Notes under the pieces: generated by a model | What the model was told of the DNA's origin: nothing | The model's database searches: none | Seen by the model: only the letters and a program-made list of their open reading frames with translations | Translations under genes and position numbers: made by a program | From: Klebsormidium nitens | Taxonomy: Eukaryota > Plantae > Klebsormidiophyceae | Length of the DNA: 64,000 nt | NCBI GenBank assembly: GCA_000708835.1 | Contig: DF237479.1 | Span: 1 to 64,000, forward strand | Reading direction: 5' to 3' | Part shown: in pieces, positions 1 through 11,330 of the stretch | Numbering within the stretch: position 1 is the stretch's first letter | How the letters are laid out: each line of letters begins with the position of its first letter

Positions 1-27
1 ATCCCCGCAAGGGGCTCGGAAAGCTAG

Positions 28-462
28 CGCCGTTACACAAATACCAACGAGCGGCTGATTGATTATCAGCTTTCTGAGAAGATTGAAAGTCCGGAATGGC
101 GAAAGCAGATGCTTGCTTGGCTCGTGCGAGGGAGCATACTATGGTATGCGAGAGGCAGTTTGCCAGTGGTCGAAGATCTACCACGCAAAATGCAAGATGC
201 TCTCAAGGGCTACGTGGAAGCAAACGATCATCTCGAGAATTTCATTGCTGATAACTGCGTCAAAGGCAAGAAATGGGCAACGCATGTGGACATATTGAAG
301 CAGGCATTTGAAAACTACATTGGAAGACGGGATCGGCCAATGACTGTAACCGAATTCAAAACAATGATGCAAGATGTGAAAGATGTTACATATGCAAAGC
401 AAGTCAAGATACTGGGACGCAACACAACGGGGTACAGAGGGATCAACTTACGGCGTCAATGA
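28..462 (+). CDS. C-terminal part of a D5/P4-family primase-helicase (SF3 helicase C-terminal region); 5'-truncated and probably degenerate
   Basis: Translation ...RLIDYQLSEKIESPEWRKQMLAWLVRGSILWYARGSLP...YVEANDHLENFIADNC...GRNTTGYRGINLR matches the typical D5/P4 primase tail (D..L.EK......ILAWLV.G...W; Y...ND....FI...C; terminal G..G+.L). There is an in-frame TAG at 25-27, so the frame is interrupted upstream. Confidence 0.7.
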   Translation, partial: RRYTNTNERLIDYQLSEKIESPEWRKQMLAWLVRGSILWYARGSLPVVEDLPRKMQDALKGYVEANDHLENFIADNCVKGKKWATHVDILKQAFENYIGRRDRPMTVTEFKTMMQDVKDVTYAKQVKILGRNTTGYRGINLRRQ

Positions 463-500
463 GGTCGCCAAACAATTGTTCCACAACACAAGCAAGTGGG

Positions 501-788
501 AGGAGGTAGGTGAGGTAGGTGAAAGGTAGGTCGAAGGTAGGTGTTTGAAAACAGCTCGATCTCGGTCTGTATCTTGGTTTATATTACAATCATGGTAGGT
601 AGGTAGGTGTAAAATAATCTACATCATAGCATTATCTTTTTGCCACCATTGAGCGCGCAAATTGTCTCAGTCGCCAATCAAATACGGCGTCTACCTACCT
701 ACTTACCTACCTCAGCAATGTTTTTAACGATGAATCACACCTCCTCCTCCAATTGCTGATTGTCTACTATTTCTCTACCTCACCTACC
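501..788. repeat. Inverted iteron-like array (AGGTAGGT copies facing ACCTACCT copies), origin-like
   Basis: AGGTAGGT at 504, 513, 524 and 535; GGTAGGTAGGTAGG at 594-607; reverse copies CTACCTACCTAC at 691-702 and CTACCTCACCTACC at 775-788, the latter the exact reverse complement of 505-518. Confidence 0.75.
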
Positions 789-1346
789 AACGCGTTGCTC
801 CGGGATAAGGATAAAAAGTGTGCCGTGTTTGTGCTAGACACATGCAAGTCACCAACTCTATCTCTGCAACAGCCGAGCACGCACCCCTACCGTCCACACG
901 GTTGCTGCAAGTGCGATGCTAAGCTTGGCGTCGTCAACGCGCTTCGAAGAGCTATTATTGCCGCCCAGGAGCAGCGGCAAGATCACCATGAAGCTCTCAA
1001 GCCCCGAGTACCACCCCAGACTCCTAAACCCCTTCAAAAAGGCGTTCACCGACTCCACCGCACTAGTGTTTACCCAGTGGAGCGACGGATAGCTGTCCGG
1101 GCAATTTGAGGGGCCGCACTTGTGTACCTCCTGCCCGGCCTTTAAGAAATGAAACTTGTCAACAGAAAGGTGTACATCAGTTTACATTCTAAGAATAATA
1201 CCCAATGTACACGTCTTGAATCGAGAATCCGAGCTCCCAGCACCGGCCCAACTGCAAAATGAATCTCAATGTACACACAATTCCAATTGATGTACACTGC
1301 AATCCGTACTCGATGCTTAGCAACAACGCCCACTACCACCAAGTCT

Positions 1347-4300
1347 TCATACAACGGATTGTCCAAGCATGCCATTATGGCGTGAAAGTGACGCACCTGT
1401 CGACGACAAACCGAACCTTGGTGCAAAATGCGCCGATTCTCTGCGGAAGCAGTAGTTACGCAAGGCGCAACTGTTGTCGTGGACCAAAACCTCTGGCAGG
1501 TCCTCCCGCCTCAGCCGAGTGTAGAGCACAACGAACGTGTCCCTTGGGCTCTCCCCGCGTAGCATCACATGGAAGCCATAAATGATCCTGTGGGGGCACG
1601 CAAAGACATAGCCCCCCCTAGTCCTTTTCGGCCGCTCGCTCTTGCTACCCTTCTTCCCCGAGAGCTTTCCGGCCCCCTTCACCAGTCCTGGAACATTCTC
1701 GGCATCCCACTCGGTCATTGACTTCCCGTTGCGCATTTGTGCTCCTCCGAGCTCTTACTGCGGCCGTCCGGATGCTCAAAACTGCTGTACCACGGCAAAC
1801 CCCGCTTCTGCTCCCATCCGGGAAACGGGTAGCACGCCAAGGCGTCCTGCTCGGCTCGAAAAGCGTGCCCTGCCGGCAACGGGTGCAACTCGTCGCCCTC
1901 CTTGTCGCGCCCCAGCCTCTCTCTCAGAAGCGAGCGCTCATGACCGCTCATCCCCTCCCACTGCCGGGGGCTTGGCTCCAATATTTCGACCCCCGGGAGC
2001 AGCTCGTTCGCCAGCCCTCGCACCTCGTCCAAGCGTCGTCTTTCATCGATGCTCAGGGGACGCGCTCGAGCCTCCGTAAGAAGGCCAACCGCTCGCTCGA
2101 ACGGGTCGATCGCCTCATGCACCCAGCCCCGCCGCCCTTCGCTCTCGAATCCCGTCCCCCCCTGAGCCAAGAGTACGAGCAGGTAGAGGTGGTAGAGCGT
2201 GCGCACGAAGAAAGCCGGGAACGTGAGCCCTCCGCACGAATCCAGGATGCACCGCAGAATTGGTGCGTCCCTTGCCCAGTCCCGCCGGTCCTCGCGAGTT
2301 GCCTCGTCACCCAGCAGCAGCTTCCGGGCCATATGCAATGCGCCAGGTCCGATAAGAGCCTCGTCGCTGTCGTGCGCGCCGAGAGAGTACAGAAGCTCCG
2401 TCCACTCGCCCACCCAGTGCTGCCACAGGTCTGGGCTCAACCCTCGCCTCTCAAAGTCGGCCTGGATCCCCGTCAGCAACTCGAAGACGGCCAGGTTTCG
2501 GTCTCGCACCATCGTGCACTGCTCGACGAGCATGCGCCGTCTGCCGTCCTCTGGAAGCGGGCCCCCCGCCTCATCCGGCCCGAAACGCTTCACGATCTGG
2601 GGGTCCTCGTGAGCCAGCCCGTTCAAAAGCGCTTCATACTCCACTTTTGACAGCCTCCTCTCAAGCCTCTCGTCCTTGGGCCGATGTTGGGAGAGGCGCG
2701 CGAGCGCTTCTTGCAACTCAGGTAGCAGCAAGAGCTTGCGCTTCAATCCGCCCCCCTGAAGACCGGACCCGCAATAGTCGCGGTCGGAGATGGGCCGCTT
2801 CTCGAGGAGCGCTCCCGTGGAGGTACGCTAGGGTGGCAGAACGTGCGTCGCGCGTCGAGCGAGGAGCTTCCAAGCCCGCCTGGCTTTTGCGCGCCGTCAG
2901 CGCTGGCAAGGCCGACGATGCCGTCGCAGATGAGGATCTGGAGAAAATGTCAAAGTTGTGTGGGTCAACGAGTATGTTGAGCTGCGATTCAGATCAATGT
3001 GCATAGCACAGGATCAACCATTGAAATTCCATCAAATGTACATGAAATGTTACTTGTACACTGAATATCAACAGATGTACATTGATTATGGACTCGGAAT
3101 GTACACTGATTATCCAACTGTCACATAACAAACAGACAGCAAAGACACGATAGACAGAAAAATCTTGTAACCTCTCGTCATCAGCATGGGCACGCCATGG
3201 GGCTCACCTTTGGATGGGGCCCACACAACGAGCAGCAATCCCGAAGCCCCAGCCCAACCAGCTTGAAGAAGTCAAGGCTTGCCCGGCGCCATGTCTCCTC
3301 GCTCAAGACGATCGCATCCGGGGAGCGCTGGAAGGCCGACTGATGCGTTGCCAACTCCGCTTTGAAGCTGTGCCCGTGCTGCATCCCCCGCAAGAGCAGT
3401 TGCAAGCTCTCCTGGACGAAAAGAGTCCGCCGATTCCACGTGTGCAGCCCCAGGTGCTCGCCGTCAAAGTGGATTGTGTGCGCTTCGTCAAGGTGGCACT
3501 CGCAGTGGTAGATCCGCACCCGCACCCGCTGGCTCCATTGGGAGGCCGTCACGTCCGCCTCGATCCATGCCTCGACCCATGGGCCGCCGCACGCCGGCGA
3601 TTCAATGGGGCAGGGCGCGCTCAACAGCCCCTTCTCCGACAGCTCCTGAAAGTGGCAATCCCTCAGCTTGCTCACAGGAACGGGGCGGTCGAGCGAAGTC
3701 ACGAGCGGGTTGTGGACGGCGTGCGCATCGCTCGACCGTGCCAGCTTGGATTTTGTGACTTGGACGGCCTCAGTCGTGAGGAGCATGACGGGGGTGCGAA
3801 CCCTCAAGGCCTCTTCATGCTCGCATCGGCCCCTAGCGACCGCTAGTGCAGCCAACGAGCAGCTCGTGCACGCGTCCACCCAGCCTCGAATTGCCTCCTT
3901 GCCTCTCGCTTCTGCCGGCGGCCGAGCGCCCCACCCCACTCTTGTGGCTGGACCTTGCGAGCCTTGCTTGTGCGCCTCCCAGAAAGCCTTGTTCCGCCTC
4001 GCCCGTTTGTGAGGGGGCGCCTCCTCCTCAGCCGACCCCCCTTTCCTGCCACGATTGCCCCCATTGCTCTCCCAATCGTTGGAGGTTTGTGTGACGGCGG
4101 CCTCTCCAAAGAGGCGCTTGTGCTGACGACAGAAGCATGAGTCGCCGGCGCAGGTTGCTTGCTCGCCGCCGCTCCAGCAAGCCAACAAGATACCGCTCCT
4201 CTTCCGACAGCCCCGCATCACCTCCCCCCTGCGAAGGNNNNNNNNNNNNNNNNNNNNCTTTAGCAGAATCCTAAACTCTCTCCCATGTCGCTGCCGACGA

Positions 4301-5016
4301 CTCGCCCGTGCTATGTAGCATCGATGGCATTTAAAACGAGCTGGGCAACAGGTGACAGCAATGTTAGACATTTTGTTCTGATATTAAACAAGAAAAAGGA
4401 TGTGCAAGCTCACCTCGGTGCTCGTCTCCTGTGCAACTCCTTTTGCTCTCGGCCGTACGCCCTTTGCCATGCCTCGCTCGCCAATCTGGGTCGCCGCCGT
4501 GGCCACTGGCCTCTGCTTCAGTCCTCTCGTTGCATTCTGTTGACAGAGAAAGCTCAGCACGCCGTTCGTGAGCTCGAAGCTTTGACTCCAAGGCCCCTTC
4601 CCCCTCTGCCGCCGCAAGATGGGCATGTCTTGTCCACCATCCCTCCTGCTGCTCAGTGTGATCGACAGCCTATCGGCGCTCTCTGTCACCACACCTAGCA
4701 GATTATGGACGCAAGTCAAGCACACAACATGCTTGCACTGCTTGCTCATCGGAACTCTAGCACTGATCAGGTAGCCCATCAGCACGCCGCGGTTGCTCTT
4801 GCGCCATGCAAGCGACACGAGGCCAGCAGGCTCTTTGCTCTTGACCCAGATGCGGTGAGCGCAAGTGAGACACTTGACAGCAACCCACTCCTGGCAGCTC
4901 ACAAAGTCAACCCTGATTTCACCTAAGGTGATCCCCCTGAGGCTACCTTGCTCAACAGTGTGACCAAGCCCACTGCTGAAATGCTGAAGACTAGCTTGAG
5001 ACTCCATGGTTATCAC
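1347..5016 (-). mobile_element. KDZ (Kyakuja-Dileera-Zisupton) transposase pseudogene with CxC cluster and N-terminal Zn-finger-like segments; spliced and frameshifted
   Basis: CxC-like segment (CPIESPACGG...IYHCEC...HFDGEHLGLH...CCSLCGPHPK), then an intron (GTGAGC donor at ~3207, acceptor at ~2939), then ILICDG, and the catalytic core TRGGYVFACPHRIIYGFHVMLRGESPRDTF...LPEVLVHDNSCALRNYCFRRE...RFVVDR. Frameshifts are needed near 2830-2900, 1720-1735 and ~1420. Confidence 0.8.
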
Positions 5017-6167
5017 CCCTTCCTTGGCCTACTACTCTGAGGGGGCCGGATCTTCCTAAGCCCCGTGCGCCTCCATCCTGCCTCCTGCTACCCGGTCCGG
5101 GAATACCGGGCCCTCGAACTTGCCTATTTGGCCCGATGCCCTCTCCCTAAGTACCTAAAGCCCGACCTCGGCCGGTGGTCCCGGTCGCTTAGCCCTAAGT
5201 TCCGATGGTTCGACGCCCGAGGTTTCGAAATGTCTCGAGAACCTTTGCAGGGGTGGTGACGTGGCAGTCCTCTCCGGTACTCAGTGCAAGAAAATTTAGC
5301 GTCACTGCCAAATCCGGCACGACCATTGTCGAACGTGCGCCGTCCGATCCGCCCGGGTGGATCCTGGCCGTTTATTTAACTCCGAACTTCATTTGGTAGG
5401 CCCTTGAATTCGTGTACCATGGGATTCAAATCCCTCTGACTGATGATGCGCCTCTTCGACGGGCCGGATTCCTCGGGAGAATCTTGTGACGTTCCTGGGC
5501 GCCCGTCGAACTCTTTGCATGACAAAATGCCAGCAAAGTTGTCGACAAAGATAGCTCACGGTGACGTATCGTCTCGGAAAGTATATTCCGTCGAACACAT
5601 GCGTGGATCCGACTTTTGATCGCATTTGTTCGGATTAGGGTTGGTTGAGCGCCTGATACCTATTAGGTATAGGGTTTCTTTAGCCATAGGTTCAACTGTA
5701 ATATGTTTCCTAGGAAGTCGGGCCCCGGCCGCCGTGCTTCTACCGCTTGACACTTTGCTACACGACCCTCCCTGTCGGCTACATCATAACGTACGGGAGT
5801 GTATGTAATGGACCCAATGGTGCATTGATTATCAAACCAAGGTCTTAATTTTTAAAACACGACATTTTCCAATGCAATAAGCCCTTTCGGCCATCCGATC
5901 AAGACAGGGCAACGCATCGACGGATATTATGAGCTCAAAGCTAGTAAAATCCGATATTTATTGCAAGCGAGAGCATAATCACATGGCGGCCGCGCATGCT
6001 AGTAGCGCACGCGATTCGCGGTCGATGCAGGGCGGTAGGAAGTAACTGTGGCTAAACTAGGGGGATCTTATTCCTGAGAAGCTATAATGGCTGACGGTCG
6101 AATGTAATATAAGCCGATATCGAGGATAACACCATAACAAATAACCTAACCATTCCATATCTGCCTG

Positions 6168-6397
6168 CTCCGCACGGGTACCCACCCTAAACCTCCAAGC
6201 TAACCCCACCCGTCCTGACTCCTGACTCCTGAGTCCTGACTCGTCGCCCAATTATTATCCCTAGTGAAGAGTAAGCATTTTGGGGTTACTAAAAACCCTA
6301 ACCTAAGGAAACACCCGCTCCGCACCCGTAGCCACCCTAACCCCCTAACTAACCCTACCCGTCTCCGTAACTGTTCACTGGCTGTTACTGTTCACTA
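6168..6397. repeat. Cluster of short repeats: two ~48-bp imperfect direct repeats, (CCTGACT)x4 and CCCTAA-like motifs
   Basis: GCTCCGCAC..GTA.CCACCCTAA...CTAACCC.ACCCGTC at ~6167 and ~6317; cctgactcctgactcctgagtcctgact at ~6214-6241; ACTGTTCACT twice at ~6370-6396. Confidence 0.6.
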
Positions 6398-9300
6398 CGT
6401 CGATCGGAATCAATTATTCCTGCCGCTTACCTAGGTATTCTCATTGATTTCAACCCTCATCAATGATAATTTTGGTATTATGCGCAGGCGACAGGCCCGG
6501 GCCCCGTACTGGTACGTACTACGTAGGTACTACCGGTACGTATACCTTGCTCCTTTCGTCGGATTTGACGAGAACCAGAGTCATCTCAACCCAACGCTTA
6601 CCGCAACGAATTGCACCCCAAACCCCGAAGATAACCCTACTAGGAATCGTCCCTGGGTATGGCCGGTAGTAACCGTGCGCTCTCCGTACGCGGATCATCA
6701 GGACCAGATGTACTGAGACACATGACAATTATGCATGGTCATGGACTCTGCGCGCGGAGTCTGGACCGCCGTCAGGACTCCGAAGGAGCCTCAGCTCTGA
6801 GAGAATCTTTGACATGAAAAGTCTCATGACAGTACTCAAGGTGGTGAAGGATTGCGGTGGCTGCGGGTGTCGCTTCTTCCGTATACCTACCTACCGGCAG
6901 CCTCCAAAACTGAACCGAGACTGTATCAGTGTACGATATGGCGGCAGTTCACCATGACCACCCCTGAGGGCCGGCCCCTGCTGTCTTTAAATATCATTGT
7001 CAACTCTTTGTTCTCAAGAGCGATAGCTAGGATAGTACTAGGTAGTGTAAGAAATGCACTGCCAAACGCAACGTTGTGTTTTTGTACCTGTGAGTTTACC
7101 ACCGGGGAGGAGCTGAGTCTGGCAGAGCCACAGGTTCGGTGTTCACCGTGATTGAGAAGCATCTTCAGGTCTGTGACATTTGGTAGCCGCCTCTTCTGAC
7201 GGGGACCTGCTGTCACATCATCGCGTGCTTTTGTTGAAGTCAATGCTGGAACAACGTCCTGTGACCTAATGCAGCTTCTGTGCTCCTGGCGCTATCTTGT
7301 GAACAAGGGTTGTGGTCACGTCAACTTTAGTTGTTTCCAAGGTCGGAAGTCCTGAACGGCTACGTACGTAGCCAAGGACACTTCTGAGGACGTTTGTCAC
7401 ACACATATTGGAGGTGTAAGGTAGATACCGTCAGGGTGTGAAGGACGACTAACACTTGTAGCAGGGGTCTGCTCGTTCGATATGCTTCTCCTACCTGCTC
7501 AGGTAGGGTGGGAGTACTGGCAGCTAGTTTGAAAGTTGCATATGCTTTTTTGATCTGCTTCTTTAAGCTGACTGCAACTGGTGATGAAGCACATTGCGAA
7601 GTCTTCGTCTGCAGTCTGCCTCGTTGTCAGTCTCTTCTTCATGGTCAGCTTTCGCCTTTGCTCTCAAAAAGTGGTGTTACATAGCCAAAACTCAATCCCT
7701 ATTTAAGTTCAGACGATGCAGTTTTGAGAGAGGCGTAAAAGGATGAGCTAGAATCAGCACATTTGCAGCTTGTAGTCACCGCCACCCCCACTTCACATCT
7801 GCCAACATGCATCTGTTGTATGCTCTTTAGAAGCCAGTGCGCCATTTGACAAGCCAATCTGCTTTAAAGCTTCTACTAGAGTTGTGAATGGGTCGACAAG
7901 ATGACAAGATCCGATGTCACCTCTCAGTAAGTGACTAGAAGTACTGAAGCGCATTGCACTGGGGTGTAGCTAACAGAAGAAGTGTCCTGCATGCATGCGG
8001 ACCAGTGGTTGTGTTTCCCATACTTTTCTGCAATTCTACTTTCTCCATTCTGCTTGTTTGGCTGCCTCTCAATGCAAGTTTTTGTGGAACCAGTTGCTCT
8101 GCGCCCTAACCCAAACGACTTAGGTGTCCCCACCTGCTTGTCTAAGCCTCTTTCCGAAATTGGTTTGCAAAAGGCAAGGGCCTTGGACGGGGCCAGCTTG
8201 CTATCTCGGAAGTTGAACCTGCCCCAAAAGATATCTCTTCCTTTTGCAATTGTCTTCTACGATCTGCTGAATCTTCTCGTTTAGAACTGCCAAATTGAAT
8301 GGTGAACCGTTTTCTTGTTTTAAAAGGCTGCACCAGCGCCACTTCTGAGGGGCAGGGCAGATTGGGGAGACAACTGCATGAACCAAAACTCTGGTCCCCT
8401 TAGTCCATTCACTGCTGAAAACACTACCATTGACAAAAAGCAAGGGGTGTGTAATGATGCCCTCTGTGGATTGCAGGGAGGTTCAGGAAGACCCGGTGGA
8501 GGTGTCAACCGATCAGCAGTATGGTCAGGCGAGGGGCGGAGATTGTCCATTCATGGTCCTAGCAAGCGGTTGAAGAAGGATGCAGGTGTATCACAGACTT
8601 TGACAGGTCTAGGGGTAAGCGCAAGGTCTCCCTTTTTGCTTCTTATTGACAAATGTCTGCAGGTCGATTCTTTCAGATGAGTATCTTGGAATCGGTGGAC
8701 TTTGTGTTGGTCATTTGTATGTCAGCCCTGCTGCTCTTAAAACACATTTTAGCACACTTAGTACCAAACTCCCTGGCTCGCAATCTCTCCTTTTCCAGAA
8801 ACTCATTATCATTTCAGAAATCTCTGCAGATGGAAAGAGCACAGTCCATGATGGAAAAGCATCCTGATAAGAACTCAAGGAGACAAAGCAGATTATCTAG
8901 AGTTGTTATCCACCAACTCCCTAGTAGTTAGAAGTTCTTGTGAAAGCGGCTTAGCAGGGCAGAAAAACAATCATCGAGAGACAGCCACTCCTCGGTAGGA
9001 ATTGATTCTTGTCAGAAATCGGAGGGTCATGTGGTTGATTTGTTGGAACGATTTACCCGGAAGAGTACATCTCGTTCTTGAAACATTGAAATGATGCTTG
9101 AACTAAAATACAAATACTTCTGAAGAAAGCAGATCACAGAAGATGACCTCCAGTCCATACTCTTCTGTAGAGGGCTCAGAGCTTGTTTTGTTCATCCGCC
9201 TTTTGTCCAACAAGTCAAGAATCGGTTAGGCTGCTCCACAAAAGCCTGTAATCAGTGCGCTTTCATCCCTGCAGGTTCTTATCAGCGCATGCGTTCTGAT

Positions 9301-10258
9301 ATCCCTTTACGGCTTCGCCGGTCATCAGATCAGAGTCGCCTGTAACTCATACGACAGCGGTCGTAATGAGTCCGCGGGGGCACAGAGATCTGCAATTGCA
9401 TCCGCGTGCGCCTTCAAGATTGTTGTAAGTTTCGGTCTGCTGTCTCGATTGAAAAGATGGTTTCGTTGGGAGATGGTATTTCTTTCTGCAAAGCAATCAG
9501 GGAAGCACTTTCTGAACGGATATATGGATAGGAGAGCTGCTGGAAAGAGATCTGCAACCCCTCTGCTGATCCGACTTCAATGGCCGTATCGTTTAGCTCC
9601 TTGCTCCTTTCACCACCATTCGGTAGCGGAAAGGAGCTATTCAATGATAGTAACCTTGGACCAATCTCATCAATGGAAAGGATATTCTTGTCCATTTTTT
9701 TTGCATCGAGGTTGCAACTACGCCAGGGCTGTACTTCTTTCATATATACACTGCTCGTGGTAGACTCTCTTCGAGGTTGTCTGCATGTGCTGATATACTC
9801 AACGTTTAGGTAGCGTTTGAAGAGTCAGGAGACTTTACAGAGTTTCGTTCAGAGGATTTGAGTAGGAAACCCTGAGTCATGCATGCCCTGTGCTTTACGT
9901 CGACGAAGAGAGTGGTCCCCCTCTTCGAAATCAACCACATCTGTTTGCTGAAGTCCTGTCCATGTGTTCCTCAATCGTTGAATGTTCCGGGGTCCCAGTC
10001 CCAAACGGTATGTAGATTGGACTTTCCAAGCAGTACTGCCGTGAAGAAATATGTTGAAGCTTCAGGCAACGTCCAACCGGCAACGAACTAGACTCAACCT
10101 AAGAAGCATCCGTTCCCAGTGCAGACGCAATGTGACAGTATCTTCACCATTACTAATAACATTTCGTCCCGCGTTCTGTTTGTTTCACTTTCTCATTCTT
10201 CTACTTTCTTCTATTTGTTTTACTTGTTTCTGATTGCACTGCTTTCTTTTTTTCATAG

Positions 10259-11330
10259 GCCACCCCTGCTTGGGCTCCAATGAGCAGCTTACTTCCAAGT
10301 TGGACAGACCCCCGCTCTCCTGTTACTCTAACAAACAACACCAGCCGTCAAAGCAGCCCGGAAACGAAAACTCCGCTCGCCTCCCGCGCTTCGTCAAAGC
10401 CAGCCCCCGCCTCTAGTTGGTCCCTTCTCCATCCGAAAACTTGGCTCCAAGGCCTGTCACCTTTCGAAGCCGTCTCCCTGCTGACGTCAGAAGCGCGCGT
10501 CATCCTGACCCCCGTGCGCAACGCGCGGTTCGTCGTGAGCCTCACGACGTCGCCGAAGCGCGTCGGTTTCCTGGAACCCGTCCTGACGTCACTCCTGCAG
10601 AACAGCCTCAAGCCTGACGTCATCATCGTGAACCTCCCGTTCGTCTTCCTGCGCGACGGCTCCATCTTCGGCGAGCTCCCCAAGTTCCTGACGTCAGCCC
10701 CGGGGGTTTTGGTAAACCGGTGCGAGGACGTCGGCCCCGCGACGAAGATCCTCGGCGCGCTCCCGCTCGCGCGCGGCCCCGACGACGTCATCATCGCCGT
10801 GGATGACGACATCTGGTACCCCCGGCACCACCTCAAGAAGCTCTACCTCAAGTCCGGAGAGGATCGTCACCGGAAAAAGCGCGCTTCCGGGTTTCATGCT
10901 GGAGGGTTTTTCCGGGGTGGTCTACCGGCGCCGCTTTTTCGGCGACCCGGCTGCGCTCGCGAGCTGGTTCAAGGCCGCCCCGACGAGCTGCTTCCTGGCC
11001 GACGACTTCGTGCTGTCTAACTACATGCTTAACCGGGGGTTAACCTTTGCCACGTGTAATACGAGGTACGAGGGCCGGTTGTTGCGGCGACTGGGGTTAG
11101 GGCCGGTGCCTTTAGAGCACGGGCTCAGGTCTGACGCGTTGCATCTAGGGGCGGATCAGAAGTCCAAGGGGAATCGAGAAAACTATGCCATATGCAGGAA
11201 GTTTCTCGAGAGCGAAGCCTTGCTGTTCCCCGGTTTTCCGGACACGAGCTCGGTCTATTTTGACAGGGCGGCGTTTCCGAGCCAGCGCGAAGCTGCAATT
11301 CAGGAGGCTCTCTTCAATCAGTCCGTTTGA
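10259..11330 (+). CDS. GT-A fold (family-2-like) glycosyltransferase with one internal frameshift; possible pseudogene or assembly indel; start uncertain
   Basis: Motifs VVSLTTSPKR, KPDVIIVNLP, DVGPATKILG and IIAVDDDIWYP in ORF 10280-11020 continue as PERIVTG...EGFSGVVYRRRFF...CFLADDFVLSNY in ORF 10803-11330. The frame switches at ~10850-10855. A probable splice acceptor (tttcatAG) lies at 10257-10258, in frame with the ORF. Confidence 0.75.

Noticed and set aside
1718-2650. 310-aa plus-strand ORF and other overlapping ORFs
   Set aside because: Antisense shadows of the GC-rich KDZ coding sequence, with no motifs.
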